Notes: generated by a model from the sequence alone, not told the origin. A stretch of DNA of 64,000 nt from Rhodospirillaceae bacterium (GCA_002709955.1 PAQY01000018.1:13508-77507), one strand, 5' to 3'; positions 51,299 to 61,612 are shown, counted from the stretch's first letter. Translations and numbers: made by a program.

Positions 51299-52087
51299 AT
51301 GTATGAATTTTCCTATCACAAACCAAGCTCAGTCGCAGATGCGGCACAAGCCATAGGAGCGGCGGATGATCCGAAGATCCTGGCGGGTGGCCAAACCCTG
51401 CTGCCAACAATGAAGCAACGGCTTGCCTCACCTTCCGATGTCATCTCCTTGCGGGGATGCCGGGACCTGGTTGGCATATCGTCAGACGGCTCAACGGTCA
51501 CCATCGGGGCAATGACGACCCATGCCGCCGTTGCAAGCTCAGCCGATGTGCAAAAGGCAATCCCGGCCCTGGCGGCATTGGCGGGCAATATCGGGGATGC
51601 CCAGGTGCGCAATCGGGGTACAATCGGGGGGTCATTGGCCAATAACGACCCGGCCGCAGATTATCCCGCCGCCACCCTGGCGCTTGGGGCTACGATTGTG
51701 ACGACCAAACGGGAATTGTCCGCAGATGCCTTCTTCACCGGCATGTTTGAAACCGCGCTTGAAGAAGATGAAATCATCACCGCCATCCGCTTCCCGGTTC
51801 CACACGCGGCCGCCTATGCCAAATTTGACAATCCAGCCTCTCGCTATGCCCTGGTTGGTGTGTTTTATGCCAAAACGTCGGACGGTCCCCGGATTGCAAT
51901 CACTGGTGCCGGACAGGGGGGCGTGTTCCGGTCAACAGAGATCGAAGATCAGATTGCCGCTGGCAAAACCCCTGACAGCAGCAGCATCAATGAAAGCGAC
52001 TTGAATGCTGACATCCATGCATCCGCGGCCTATCGCAAGCATTTGATTGGGGTTATGGCCAAACGCGCTGTTGCAGCGGCGGGTTAA
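51299..52087 (+). CDS. coxM: FAD-binding medium subunit
   Basis: LAGGQTL and RNRGTIGGS motifs. Confidence 0.93.
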   Translation: MYEFSYHKPSSVADAAQAIGAADDPKILAGGQTLLPTMKQRLASPSDVISLRGCRDLVGISSDGSTVTIGAMTTHAAVASSADVQKAIPALAALAGNIGDAQVRNRGTIGGSLANNDPAADYPAATLALGATIVTTKRELSADAFFTGMFETALEEDEIITAIRFPVPHAAAYAKFDNPASRYALVGVFYAKTSDGPRIAITGAGQGGVFRSTEIEDQIAAGKTPDSSSINESDLNADIHASAAYRKHLIGVMAKRAVAAAG

Positions 52088-52109
52088 TCCAATCAACAAT
52101 CTTGATAGA

Positions 52110-52152
52110 AAGCGGCCCTGCCTCGGTAATACGCGGCGGGGCCGTTTCTTTT
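52110..52152 (+). terminator. Intrinsic terminator after coxM
   Basis: AAGCGGCCCTGCC...GGCGGGGCCGTTT stem followed by CTTTT. Confidence 0.75.
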
Positions 52153-52220
52153 CCAACCCTTTCCTTTTTCAGCATTGGTCGGCAAAGTACCTGGATGGAC
52201 AAATCCACTGGATCCTTACC

Positions 52221-53075
52221 ATGCAGCCATACCGGTTCTTCCTTTCCTTCCTGACTGTATCGGTCATTGCCAGTACACAGGCGGTGGCTCAATCTGGTGC
52301 ACAATCCGTTACCCAACGGGAAGCCCTGTGCCGGGGAACAGATACCCCCGCAGAAACGCGCCTTAGTGCCTGTGGCAGCTTGATCGAAGGGTCCGTCTAT
52401 ACCAACCTTTCGGACTATGCGGTGACCCATTTAAACCGGGGAAAGGCCCTGGCACAGACCGGTGCTTTGGATGCCGCAATGACTGATTTGGATACGGCAC
52501 TGGATTATGACCCGTATTCCTATCCCGCCTATATTCAGCGCGGCACAGTGCTTTTATCCAGGGACGAGCCCTATCGTGCCATACTGGATTTCAGTGTTGC
52601 AGCCGGCCTGGAACCCCTGATAGCGGAACCTTATGCCAATCGCGCCCTGGCCCTGTTTGCGAATAAAGAATATGGGGCCGCAATCAAGGACCTGGAAACG
52701 GCCCTGAAGTTTGACCCCACCAGCGTGGCGGCGCGACGATCCCTGGCCTGGATGCTGTCGGTTGTCCCGGATACATCCCTGCGGGATGGTCCCCGCGCAA
52801 TCGGGTTGATCGATGGCGGCCAACAGGCAAAGACCGATCAGGTCGTCTATGCCGCAGCCCAGGCAGAATCCGGTGATATCGATGGGGCCATGCAAACCTA
52901 TCAGACGCTGGCGGGGCAAGACCCCCGTGCCGCGCAACGGTTTCAAAACTACCTGACGGCCGCTGGATATTATCAAGGGCCAGTGGACGGACAATTCTCC
53001 CCCAATCTGGAAGCCGCCTTGAAACAGTGCCTACAGGCGGGCTGCCGCATCGGTGGCCCCATGGTTCGTCCATGA
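52221..53075 (+). CDS. Exported TPR protein with C-terminal peptidoglycan-binding-like domain
   Basis: Signal peptide, TPR repeats, and FQNYLTAAGYYQGPVDGQFSP matching the PG_binding_1 pattern. Confidence 0.75.
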   Translation: MQPYRFFLSFLTVSVIASTQAVAQSGAQSVTQREALCRGTDTPAETRLSACGSLIEGSVYTNLSDYAVTHLNRGKALAQTGALDAAMTDLDTALDYDPYSYPAYIQRGTVLLSRDEPYRAILDFSVAAGLEPLIAEPYANRALALFANKEYGAAIKDLETALKFDPTSVAARRSLAWMLSVVPDTSLRDGPRAIGLIDGGQQAKTDQVVYAAAQAESGDIDGAMQTYQTLAGQDPRAAQRFQNYLTAAGYYQGPVDGQFSPNLEAALKQCLQAGCRIGGPMVRP

Positions 53076-56053
53076 CGACACCCCCCGAAGCGGAATTAAA
53101 AATTGGTGAACGGCTGGTGGAGGAAGAGCCGCCGCCGGGGCCAGGACTGTTGTACTGGCTGGCGCGGGGACTATGGGTGGCCCTGGTCGTGCTGACAGTC
53201 CTGGTCCTGATATTGGGATTGGGCTGGCTGTTTCGGGTGCCATTCGCAAATGCGGTTCTGCCAAAAGTCCTGGAATCGTATTTAGGTCAACCGGTTACAC
53301 TGGACATCACACAAATAGAATTATCATACGTAACAATTGAAAACATTGCTGTTCTGAATGGTCCCAGCATCGCGACCCTGAAAATGGCCCCGAATTTATC
53401 TATGTCCGATGGGGTTTATCTGAATTCCATATCCTTGGTCGATATCCGTGCCAATATTCACGTGACCGATACGGGCGGCACCGAAATACAGGGGCTGGAC
53501 GCCCTATTCAATGCCCAGTCATCCGCACAGTCTGATAGCACCCTGCCCCGGATTCCAATCCGGCGCATTGATGTTTCTGGCATACAAATTCAGGCAACGA
53601 CCCCGATTGGCCCGCAACTGTTAAGCGGCAGTCTGTCCATGGTGCTTGAGAATGCGCCATCCCTGATGCCAATGACCCTGGATGCCCGCCTGAATGCACC
53701 AGACAGCCAAAGTGCAATTCTGGCAACCGTTGCCGCCGGTCCGCGTGGATTGGTCGCCGAAGCGACATTGGATCTGTCACTGGGCCATTGGCTGCCCTTT
53801 CTGCCTGCCATTCAGGCTGCAACGGGTCGAACAACGGCCAGTCTGGCCCTTTCCAGTGGCCCCCTGGATAGGGTTCAGATTGAAGAGATGGGCCTGCCCG
53901 GTCTGATGGCGGCGCTGACGGGATCTGCGGAGTTTGCCTGGTCTGGTGCGACGGTCAAACCGGATGATTGGTCCGCCCTGGCGTTGGAAGATGGTCTTGC
54001 CCGTGTCGTGATTGAGGGGGGGCGTGCCCTGGTCCGCCTGCCCACCCCGATTGAGGTCGACAGTGGGCCAATTCCTGACCCCTTGCGTCAATTGCTGCCC
54101 GACAGCTTGAAGGTTTATGGGGATGGCAATCCACAAATCACCGTCACCCAGTTAGAAGAAACGCCCGCCTTGGTCCTAAGACCCAATGCGGGCGGCGGCT
54201 GGGCCACCGATTTTGCCCTGGATGCCAGTATCGCCCTGGGGCCAATTTCAGCCCAGGTCACACCGGAAAGCCTGAGCCTAAGCGACAGTTTCACCCCCGA
54301 CACGCTGACCGTGACAATGGCCAGTATCGATATGGTGCGCGGCCTTGATCTGCCGCGTCAGATTACCGGTCATATTGAAACCGGGCGCGTCACGGTCAGC
54401 CTGCCCGTTCTGCTGTCCGATCCCGCAAACCACCCCGCCATCGATATCCCTTATCAGGCGGATGTGACGGTATATGGCGATATCCTGCCGCCCCTATGGG
54501 CCCGGTCTGCTGTCTTGAAATCCACCGGCACAGCGCGGTTGCGCCAAGGCATAACGGGGTTGGACATGACCATAGATCGAAGCAGTCAATTGAAACTGGA
54601 TGGATTAACGGGAACGGGGGACATACGCTTATCGCCGCAATTGCGCCTGGATGTCGCAGGGCGCGATCCAATGATGGCGGGGATCAATTTTGCGGACCCC
54701 CTTAACAGCGTGTCGGTTCAGGGGGCGTTCCGCCTGGGCGCGCTCAGCCTTGCCATTCCCGGTGCCGACCCACCGATTTCCATAGCACTGGATCGACAGC
54801 CCGTCTCCCTGCGGTATCAGGATGGCGCGGCGACCCTGGCGCTGGGTCCGGTCGATGTCGATATCCCGGAACAGGATGCGGGACTCAGTCGCGCTGTTCT
54901 GCACATTGACTTCGGGGCACGACCAGATGGGATGCTGTCCGGGACGGCCACACTGTCGGCGGACGGGTTCGTGTATTCTGGACAACCCCTGCTGCCGGGA
55001 CGCCTGACCGCCAGCATGGCGATAAGTCAGACCAAAGAGGGGGTTTTTTCCATCGATGGCCCGATCTCTCTGGCAGAAGGCCGCGTCACGGCCAGCCTTT
55101 CCGCCATACAGGCCGCATCGGGGGATGGTTCTGTTTCCATGCAAATTGCGCCGATACAGTTTGGACCGGAAAACCTTTCACTTGGGGATATTCTGCCAGC
55201 GGCCTTCCTGGGCACAGATCAAGCGATGCCCAACGTCACCGGGCAGATCGACGCCGCGCTGGATCTAAAATACTCTCCTGCCGGACAATCAGGAACACTG
55301 GCGGTCAATCTGGCTGATATCGGCGTGATGGATGCAGAAATGGGGGCAAAAGCCGTCAATGGCTCGCTGCGGTTCGACATGGCGCATCCTGGCGCAACAC
55401 AGGGCCAACAAGTCCTGACCGGCACAGTTATCGCACCTGGATTGCCGGATATGCCCAGCACAATCACCTTTTCCGTGAATGATGCGCGCCTTGTTCATAT
55501 CACAGAAGCCACCTTGGATCTGTTTGGGGGGCAGTTTGCCCTGATTGATACCCAGATGGATCCGGCCCAGGTCAGCCTGAACGGCACCCTGCGCCTGCGC
55601 CGCGTCGACCTGTCCGCAGCCCTTGATCATCTGGAGATTGAGGGGGTCGAGGGAACAGGGAAAATTTCCGGCCTGATACCGGTGCGTGTCACAGGGGGGG
55701 ATGTCATCCTGAATGACGGCAGTCTTGCAGCGGAAGGCGGCGGCGTTCTGAAAATTGACAATGAAACCGTCAATCAGGCCCTGGCGAGCGATCAGGAACA
55801 GGTTCAACTGCTGACCCAAACCCTAAAAGACTTTCATTACGATGGGCTGACTGCGACAGTTGTGCTGCCTGCCGGACAGAATGGAACGATAGGCTTATCG
55901 CTAAGTGGTCGGAATCCTGAAGTTATGGACGGATACCCATTCGTTATAAATGTCAATTTAGAAAGCGATTTCAGGAACTTATTTCGTATACTTCTGGCAT
56001 TTATGGATGCTTATGGCTCTGTTCTTAATTCGGCACAGCTCCCATCGCCCTGA
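53072..56053 (+). CDS. ydbH: YdbH-like AsmA-family intermembrane bridge protein
   Basis: N-terminal TM, long beta-rich body, C-terminal LKDFHY...GRNPE...PFVINVN; followed by ynbE and ydbL. Confidence 0.85.
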   Translation: MTTPPEAELKIGERLVEEEPPPGPGLLYWLARGLWVALVVLTVLVLILGLGWLFRVPFANAVLPKVLESYLGQPVTLDITQIELSYVTIENIAVLNGPSIATLKMAPNLSMSDGVYLNSISLVDIRANIHVTDTGGTEIQGLDALFNAQSSAQSDSTLPRIPIRRIDVSGIQIQATTPIGPQLLSGSLSMVLENAPSLMPMTLDARLNAPDSQSAILATVAAGPRGLVAEATLDLSLGHWLPFLPAIQAATGRTTASLALSSGPLDRVQIEEMGLPGLMAALTGSAEFAWSGATVKPDDWSALALEDGLARVVIEGGRALVRLPTPIEVDSGPIPDPLRQLLPDSLKVYGDGNPQITVTQLEETPALVLRPNAGGGWATDFALDASIALGPISAQVTPESLSLSDSFTPDTLTVTMASIDMVRGLDLPRQITGHIETGRVTVSLPVLLSDPANHPAIDIPYQADVTVYGDILPPLWARSAVLKSTGTARLRQGITGLDMTIDRSSQLKLDGLTGTGDIRLSPQLRLDVAGRDPMMAGINFADPLNSVSVQGAFRLGALSLAIPGADPPISIALDRQPVSLRYQDGAATLALGPVDVDIPEQDAGLSRAVLHIDFGARPDGMLSGTATLSADGFVYSGQPLLPGRLTASMAISQTKEGVFSIDGPISLAEGRVTASLSAIQAASGDGSVSMQIAPIQFGPENLSLGDILPAAFLGTDQAMPNVTGQIDAALDLKYSPAGQSGTLAVNLADIGVMDAEMGAKAVNGSLRFDMAHPGATQGQQVLTGTVIAPGLPDMPSTITFSVNDARLVHITEATLDLFGGQFALIDTQMDPAQVSLNGTLRLRRVDLSAALDHLEIEGVEGTGKISGLIPVRVTGGDVILNDGSLAAEGGGVLKIDNETVNQALASDQEQVQLLTQTLKDFHYDGLTATVVLPAGQNGTIGLSLSGRNPEVMDGYPFVINVNLESDFRNLFRILLAFMDAYGSVLNSAQLPSP

Positions 56054-56133
56054 TCTTGCCCTTTTCTAATGTCATAAATCAGTTGTAGAGTCCCTTAACA
56101 GATTGTCACTGCATACGATCGGATAAAAACCCC

Positions 56134-56334
56134 GTGTTTATGGCCCCCGGAAAACTTGGCCTTGCCGCCGCCCTAATGAGCGTATCGCTGGCATCGGCCT
56201 GCACACCGACCGTCCAGTTGGAGGCTCCGCGAGAGCCAATCACTATCAATTTAAATGTAAAGCTGGACGCCGATGTCCGCTTACGGCTGATCAAAGAGGC
56301 GCAAGAAGATGTTAAGCAAAATCCGATATTCTAA
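56134..56334 (+). CDS. ynbE: YnbE-like lipoprotein
   Basis: Lipobox-like ASAC followed by TPTVQLEAPREPITINLNVKLD. Confidence 0.85.
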   Translation: MFMAPGKLGLAAALMSVSLASACTPTVQLEAPREPITINLNVKLDADVRLRLIKEAQEDVKQNPIF

Positions 56335-56704
56335 CGCTCAACCTGCTGCTCTCTGGTCTCGACGTCAGGGCATGTTCGCCCTGGTTGCGCTGATCCTCGC
56401 GCTTCCGGTTCTGTTTGCCCAAATGCCAAATGCGCTGGCCGCTGATTCGCTGGACGGCCCACGATCCGCCGGCACGGTGGGGGAACGCTATGATGGCTAT
56501 GCCGTTGTGCGCGAGGGCGCAGGCGGCGATGTCCAACAGCTTGTCGCCTCTATCAACGCCAAGCGCAAAGAATTCTATCAGTCCAAGGCAAATGAGCAGG
56601 GCGTGGACATCACGGCAATTCAGGTCATTTATGCCAAGGCCATCTATGACAAGGCCCCCGGTGGCTGGTGGTTCCTGACCGAAAGTGGCTGGGTTCAGAA
56701 ATAG
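56309..56704 (+). CDS. ydbL: YdbL/DUF1318 family protein (start may be 56372)
   Basis: GTVGERYDGY and INAKRKEFY motifs, terminal GWVQK. Confidence 0.85.
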   Translation: MLSKIRYSNAQPAALWSRRQGMFALVALILALPVLFAQMPNALAADSLDGPRSAGTVGERYDGYAVVREGAGGDVQQLVASINAKRKEFYQSKANEQGVDITAIQVIYAKAIYDKAPGGWWFLTESGWVQK

Positions 56705-56796
56705 CCCGCACGGCCACCTGGTACCATCAAATCGGTTGAGGCGTATGCCCGGAACCCTATATCGTAGGGTACTGGTTCTATATTACGTGAGGTTTT

Positions 56797-57726
56797 ATGT
56801 CTGGCACCCTTCCCCAATCTGTTGATGAAACACAGAAAATGCTGTCTGACGGGCGCTATGTCGCAGATCGGTCCCTGTCGACCGCGCTGTTTCTGTCGCT
56901 AAAGCTGCATCGGCCCCTTTTCCTGGAAGGCGAAGCTGGAACCGGAAAGACGGAGATTGCGAAGGTCTTGTCCGAAACATTGGACCGTCCCCTGATTCGC
57001 CTGCAATGCTATGAAGGGTTGGACATCGCCTCGGCCGTGTATGAATGGAATTATGCCCGCCAGATGATGGAAATCCGCCTGTCAGAGGCATCCGGCAGCG
57101 GGGATCGCGCCGCGTTGGAGGCGGACCTGTTTTCAGAGCGATTCCTGATCAAGCGCCCTATCCTGCAAGCCCTGGAATCCGCAAAGAAAGGCAAGGCCCC
57201 GGTTCTGCTGATTGATGAACTGGATCGTACCGATGAACCTTTCGAGGCATTCCTGTTGGAAGTCCTGTCCGATTTTCAGGTCACCGTCCCGGAATTTGGA
57301 ACGGTAAAAGCCGAAGAGCCGCCGCTGGTTGTCCTGACCTCTAACCGGACCCGTGAAATTCATGATGCGATCAAGCGGCGCTGTTTCTATTATTGGGTCG
57401 ATTATCCAGACGCCGCGCGGGAATTGGCTATCCTGGCCCTGAAAGCCCCGGAAGCGCCAGAGGCCCTGAGCCGCCAGATCGTCGCCTTTGTTCAGAAAAT
57501 CCGGACGCTGGACCTGTTCAAACTGCCCGGTGTTGCGGAAACCATCGACTGGGCCCAGGCACTGACACAGTTGGACCGTCTAGCGCTGGATCCAGACACG
57601 ATAAACGATACCCTGGGGGCGCTGTTGAAATATCAGGACGATATCGCCCGCCTGCGCGGGTCAGAAGCCGCCCGCATTCTGGAAGAGGCGAAGGTCGAAC
57701 TCGCCCAGGCGGGCTATGCGGCGTGA
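56797..57726 (+). CDS. coxD: MoxR-family AAA+ ATPase CoxD
   Basis: GEAGTGKT, LLIDELDR and DAIKRRC motifs. Confidence 0.92.
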   Translation: MSGTLPQSVDETQKMLSDGRYVADRSLSTALFLSLKLHRPLFLEGEAGTGKTEIAKVLSETLDRPLIRLQCYEGLDIASAVYEWNYARQMMEIRLSEASGSGDRAALEADLFSERFLIKRPILQALESAKKGKAPVLLIDELDRTDEPFEAFLLEVLSDFQVTVPEFGTVKAEEPPLVVLTSNRTREIHDAIKRRCFYYWVDYPDAARELAILALKAPEAPEALSRQIVAFVQKIRTLDLFKLPGVAETIDWAQALTQLDRLALDPDTINDTLGALLKYQDDIARLRGSEAARILEEAKVELAQAGYAA

Positions 57727-58982
57727 CGGATCAGGCGCATCAACCTGCTGCCAATCTGGTTCTGGGCCATGCCGATGGCGGTCGACTGGCTGAAAACATC
57801 ATGCATTTCGGGCGCGTGCTGCGGGCTGCGGGCCTGCCTGTGGGTCCTGGAAAAGTGCTGGACGCGATTGAAGCCGTCAGCACCGTTGGCGTCGACAGCA
57901 GGACAGATTTCTACTGGACCCTGCATGCCATATTCGTCAATCGCCGCGATCAGCGGGAAATCTTCGATCAGGCTTTTCACTTTTTCTGGAAGAACCCGAA
58001 CCTTTTGGAAAAGGCGATGGCAATGCTGTTGCCCGCCATGAAGGGCGAACAGCAACCGGAAAAGGCGGAAATGTCGACCCGTCTGGCAGAAGCCTTGTCA
58101 AAGGAACGCCCCCCCGCCCCGGAAAATGATACGGAAGAGGACGAGGATGAAGAATTCGACGTTGATGCCAGCCTGACATTCTCCCGCAAGGAAGTTCTGA
58201 CGGAAAAGGACTTTGAGAAAATGAACACGGCGGAGATGGAGGCCGCCCGCAAGGCGATCACCCGCATGCGATTGGCGTTTAATCCAGTGGCAACACGGCG
58301 GTTCTATGCGGACCCAAAGGGGCGGCGCACCGATTTGCGCGCCACTCTGCGCCGGGCCGCCCGAACCGGCGGAGACCTGGCGCAATTGAGCATGCGCAAG
58401 CGCCGCCGCCGGGTGCCGCCCCTGGTCATCCTGTGCGACATTTCTGGGTCGATGGACCGATATGCCCGCATGATGCTGCATTTCATCCATGCGCTGACTA
58501 ATGATCGGGACCGGGTTTCCAGCTTTCTATTTGGTACCAGACTGACCAATATCACCCGCACCATGCGCCGCAAGGATCCCGATGTCGCCATCGATCAATG
58601 CGCCGCGCAGGTGGAGGATTGGGCAGGCGGCACCCGCATCGGCGTCACCCTGGCGGAATTCAACCGCATCTGGTCCCGCCGGGTGATGACACAGGGCCCC
58701 ATCGTGCTGCTGATCACAGATGGCCTGGACAGAGATGGCGCAAAAGGCCTGGAAGCAGAAATGGAACGCCTGCATAAATCCTGTCGCCAGTTGATCTGGC
58801 TGAATCCGCTATTGCGCTGGGACGGCTATTCCCCCAAGGCAAGCGGGGCCAAGGCAATGATTCGAAATGTCGACAGCTTCCGCCCCATCCACAATCTGGA
58901 CTCCCTTGAAAAACTGGCAGATGCTTTAAGCAAGGAAACCCCGGCGCAAAACCTGGCGCGCTGGAAGGAGATGGCGGCATGA
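57723..58982 (+). CDS. coxE: VWA domain protein CoxE
   Basis: GTGA coupling; DISGSM MIDAS, GGTRIG and ITDGLD motifs. Confidence 0.9.
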   Translation: MTDQAHQPAANLVLGHADGGRLAENIMHFGRVLRAAGLPVGPGKVLDAIEAVSTVGVDSRTDFYWTLHAIFVNRRDQREIFDQAFHFFWKNPNLLEKAMAMLLPAMKGEQQPEKAEMSTRLAEALSKERPPAPENDTEEDEDEEFDVDASLTFSRKEVLTEKDFEKMNTAEMEAARKAITRMRLAFNPVATRRFYADPKGRRTDLRATLRRAARTGGDLAQLSMRKRRRRVPPLVILCDISGSMDRYARMMLHFIHALTNDRDRVSSFLFGTRLTNITRTMRRKDPDVAIDQCAAQVEDWAGGTRIGVTLAEFNRIWSRRVMTQGPIVLLITDGLDRDGAKGLEAEMERLHKSCRQLIWLNPLLRWDGYSPKASGAKAMIRNVDSFRPIHNLDSLEKLADALSKETPAQNLARWKEMAA

Positions 58983-59302
58983 GTGACCCAATCGACCCCT
59001 TAACCCAGGCCAAGGAATGGCAGGACCGGGGGCTTAAAGTGGCCCTGGCGACGGTTGTGGAGACCTGGGGCTCGTCCCCTCGCCCGGCTGGCAGTCAATT
59101 GGTGGTCAATGAAGACGCTGGCTTCGAAGGGTCCGTATCGGGTGGCTGTATCGAAGGGGCTGTGGTGACCGAAGCGCTGGATATCATGGATAGCGGCGTG
59201 CCGAAGCTGATGGAATTTGGCGTATCGGACGCTATGGCTTGGGAGGTTGGACTGGCCTGTGGCGGCACAGTGCGGGTTTTCGTCGAAAAGCTGGAGGCCT
59301 GA
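58979..59302 (+). CDS. XdhC/CoxF N-terminal domain protein
   Basis: TWGSSPRPAG, GSVSGGCIE and GLACGG motifs. Confidence 0.9.
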   Translation: MSDPIDPLTQAKEWQDRGLKVALATVVETWGSSPRPAGSQLVVNEDAGFEGSVSGGCIEGAVVTEALDIMDSGVPKLMEFGVSDAMAWEVGLACGGTVRVFVEKLEA

Positions 59303-59309
59303 CGCCGCC

Positions 59310-60002
59310 ATGAAGCGATCCGTCCTGGAACAGTTGCAAGCCGCCCGCGATGCCGTTCTGCCAACCGTGCTGATCACCGATCTGGCGAATGGTGCACAGG
59401 CTTTGATCGTCAAGGGGGAGGTCGTCGCCGGGGATCTGGTGCCCGACACCGCGCTGAAAGCCGCCGCCGATGATTGCCTGCGTCTGGATAAGTCCCGCAC
59501 GGTGGATGGATATTTCCTGCAAATCTTTAACCCGCCGCTGCGGCTGATCGTTGTTGGCGCGGTACATATTGCCCAGGCCCTGGTGCCCATGGCGACGCTG
59601 GCTGGTTATGCGGTGACCGTGATCGATCCGCGCGGTGCCTGGGCCAGTGAGGCCCGATTCCCCGGCGTCAACGTCATTCAGGACTGGCCGGAAGAGGTCA
59701 TGATCGCCCAAAAACCGGACCGCCGCACCGCCATCGTGGCCCTGACCCATGATCCGAAACTGGATGATCCGGCCCTGGCCGTCGCCTTGAAATCCGACGC
59801 CTTCTATATTGGCGCGTTGGGCAGCAAAAAGACCGCTGTCGCCCGCGCAGAACGACTGAAACAAGGCGGCAGCGATCCAGAAGCCATTGCCGCTATTGAT
59901 GGGCCGATCGGATTGAATATCGGTGCGGTTTCCCCCGCTGAGATCGCGGTTTCGATACTGGCGAAAATGACCCTGGCCCTGCGGGGGCCAAAGGGGGGCT
60001 GA
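59310..60002 (+). CDS. XdhC/CoxF C-terminal Rossmann domain protein
   Basis: VGAVHIAQAL, LTHDPKLD and PIGLNIGA motifs. Confidence 0.9.
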   Translation: MKRSVLEQLQAARDAVLPTVLITDLANGAQALIVKGEVVAGDLVPDTALKAAADDCLRLDKSRTVDGYFLQIFNPPLRLIVVGAVHIAQALVPMATLAGYAVTVIDPRGAWASEARFPGVNVIQDWPEEVMIAQKPDRRTAIVALTHDPKLDDPALAVALKSDAFYIGALGSKKTAVARAERLKQGGSDPEAIAAIDGPIGLNIGAVSPAEIAVSILAKMTLALRGPKGG

Positions 60003-61612
60003 TGGAATTTGGTCCGGTTCCTTCAGACTCAACCGCGGGCGCTATCCTGGCCCATTCCATTCGGCTGCCAGATAGAGCGCTGAAAAAAGGACATTTGCTG
60101 ACACAAAATGACGCAGACGCCCTGAAGTCTGCGGGCATTGCATCCGTAACCGTTTGTCGGCTTGGACCGGATGATGTCACCGAAGATGCGGCCGCAGACA
60201 GCCTGGCAAAGGCTGTGACAGGCAATGGCTTCACCCGCAGCGCCGCATTTACCGGGCGCGTGAACCTTATCGCCCAACAGGATGGCATATTGATTTACGA
60301 CCCCACACAGCTGGATGCCCTGAACCATGTGGATGAGGGAATAACCTTAGCAGCCCTGCCCCCTTTTAGCCGGGTGACCGCACGTCAGATGGTCGCCACC
60401 GCCAAGATCATTCCTTTTGGCGTCCCCAATACGGCGTTACAAAGGGCGTGCCCCGATTCCCCGATCTTTAATATTCAGCCGTTCCAACCCCTTTCCATCG
60501 GCCTTATTCAAACCGTCCTGCCCGGCGTGAAGCCCAGTGTTCTGGATAAGACCGATCAGATCATGGCGGCGCGGGCTGCAAGCCTTGGCGCCACGCAAAT
60601 CGCGCCGGCCCGCTGTGCCCATGATGAACAAGACCTGACGCTCGCCCTGACCGCGATGGTCGCGGAGAATGTTGCACTCATCACCATTGTCGGGGCATCG
60701 GCGATTGTTGACCGTCGCGATGTGATTCCCGCTGCGATCACGCGATGTGGCGGAAAGATTGAGCATTTCGGCATGCCCGTCGATCCGGGCAACCTGCTGC
60801 TGCTGGGGCGGATAGGAGATATTCCTGTTATCGGCGCGCCGGGCTGTGTCCGCTCCCCCAAGCCCAATGGTTATGATTGGGTTCTGGAACGATTGGTTGC
60901 GGGCGTTCCGGTCGATGGATCCGGTATCATGGCGATGGGATCTGGTGGGTTTCTGAAGGAAATCCCCGTGCGGCCCCTGCCCCGTGCCGAAGCTGGCGCA
61001 AAAAAACCCACCAGCCAAACGCCGCGCATTGCGGGTCTGATGCTGGCGGCCGGACAGTCCCGCCGCATGGGCAGCGCCAATAAACTGCTGGAAGACCTGG
61101 ATGGAAAGCCAATGCTGCGCCATTCCCTGGAAGCGCTGTCAGCATCACAGATCGACGGAATTACTGTAGTCACGGGCCATCAGGCTGATCGAGTTCGGGA
61201 GGCTGTTTCAGACCTTCCGGTATCCTTCGCCGACAGTCCCGCCTATGCCAATGGCCTGGCGGAAACCGTGAAACGCGGCATCGCGGCCCTGCCGGATTCA
61301 GCAGACGGGGTTTTGATCTGCTTGGGGGATATGCCCCGGGTGAAGACCGAAACCCTGAACCGCCTGATCGCCGCCTTTGACCCGACAGAAGGGCGCGCAA
61401 TCTGTGTCCCCGTGCATCAGGGTAAGCGCGGCAACCCGGTCCTTTTTGCAAGACGGTTTTTTACGGAAATCATGGACTTATCCGGCGATACCGGCGCAAA
61501 ATCGCTGATCGGTGCCTATGAAGATCAGGTTGCGGAAATCGCTGTCGATGACCCCGGCGTGTTGTTGGATTTGGACACGCCTGAAGCCCTCAAGATGGCG
61601 CAAAATCAATAG
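60002..61612 (+). CDS. mocA: Molybdopterin-binding domain fused to MoCo cytidylyltransferase
   Basis: N-terminal PVDPGNLL domain; C-terminal LAAGQSRRMG, LGDMP and GKRGNPV motifs. Confidence 0.85.
   Translation: MEFGPVPSDSTAGAILAHSIRLPDRALKKGHLLTQNDADALKSAGIASVTVCRLGPDDVTEDAAADSLAKAVTGNGFTRSAAFTGRVNLIAQQDGILIYDPTQLDALNHVDEGITLAALPPFSRVTARQMVATAKIIPFGVPNTALQRACPDSPIFNIQPFQPLSIGLIQTVLPGVKPSVLDKTDQIMAARAASLGATQIAPARCAHDEQDLTLALTAMVAENVALITIVGASAIVDRRDVIPAAITRCGGKIEHFGMPVDPGNLLLLGRIGDIPVIGAPGCVRSPKPNGYDWVLERLVAGVPVDGSGIMAMGSGGFLKEIPVRPLPRAEAGAKKPTSQTPRIAGLMLAAGQSRRMGSANKLLEDLDGKPMLRHSLEALSASQIDGITVVTGHQADRVREAVSDLPVSFADSPAYANGLAETVKRGIAALPDSADGVLICLGDMPRVKTETLNRLIAAFDPTEGRAICVPVHQGKRGNPVLFARRFFTEIMDLSGDTGAKSLIGAYEDQVAEIAVDDPGVLLDLDTPEALKMAQNQ

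Noticed and set aside
58979-60002. Frameshifted xdhC/coxF pseudogene
   Set aside because: Both halves have their own start and stop, the second with a GGAGG RBS; split XdhC is common in alphaproteobacteria
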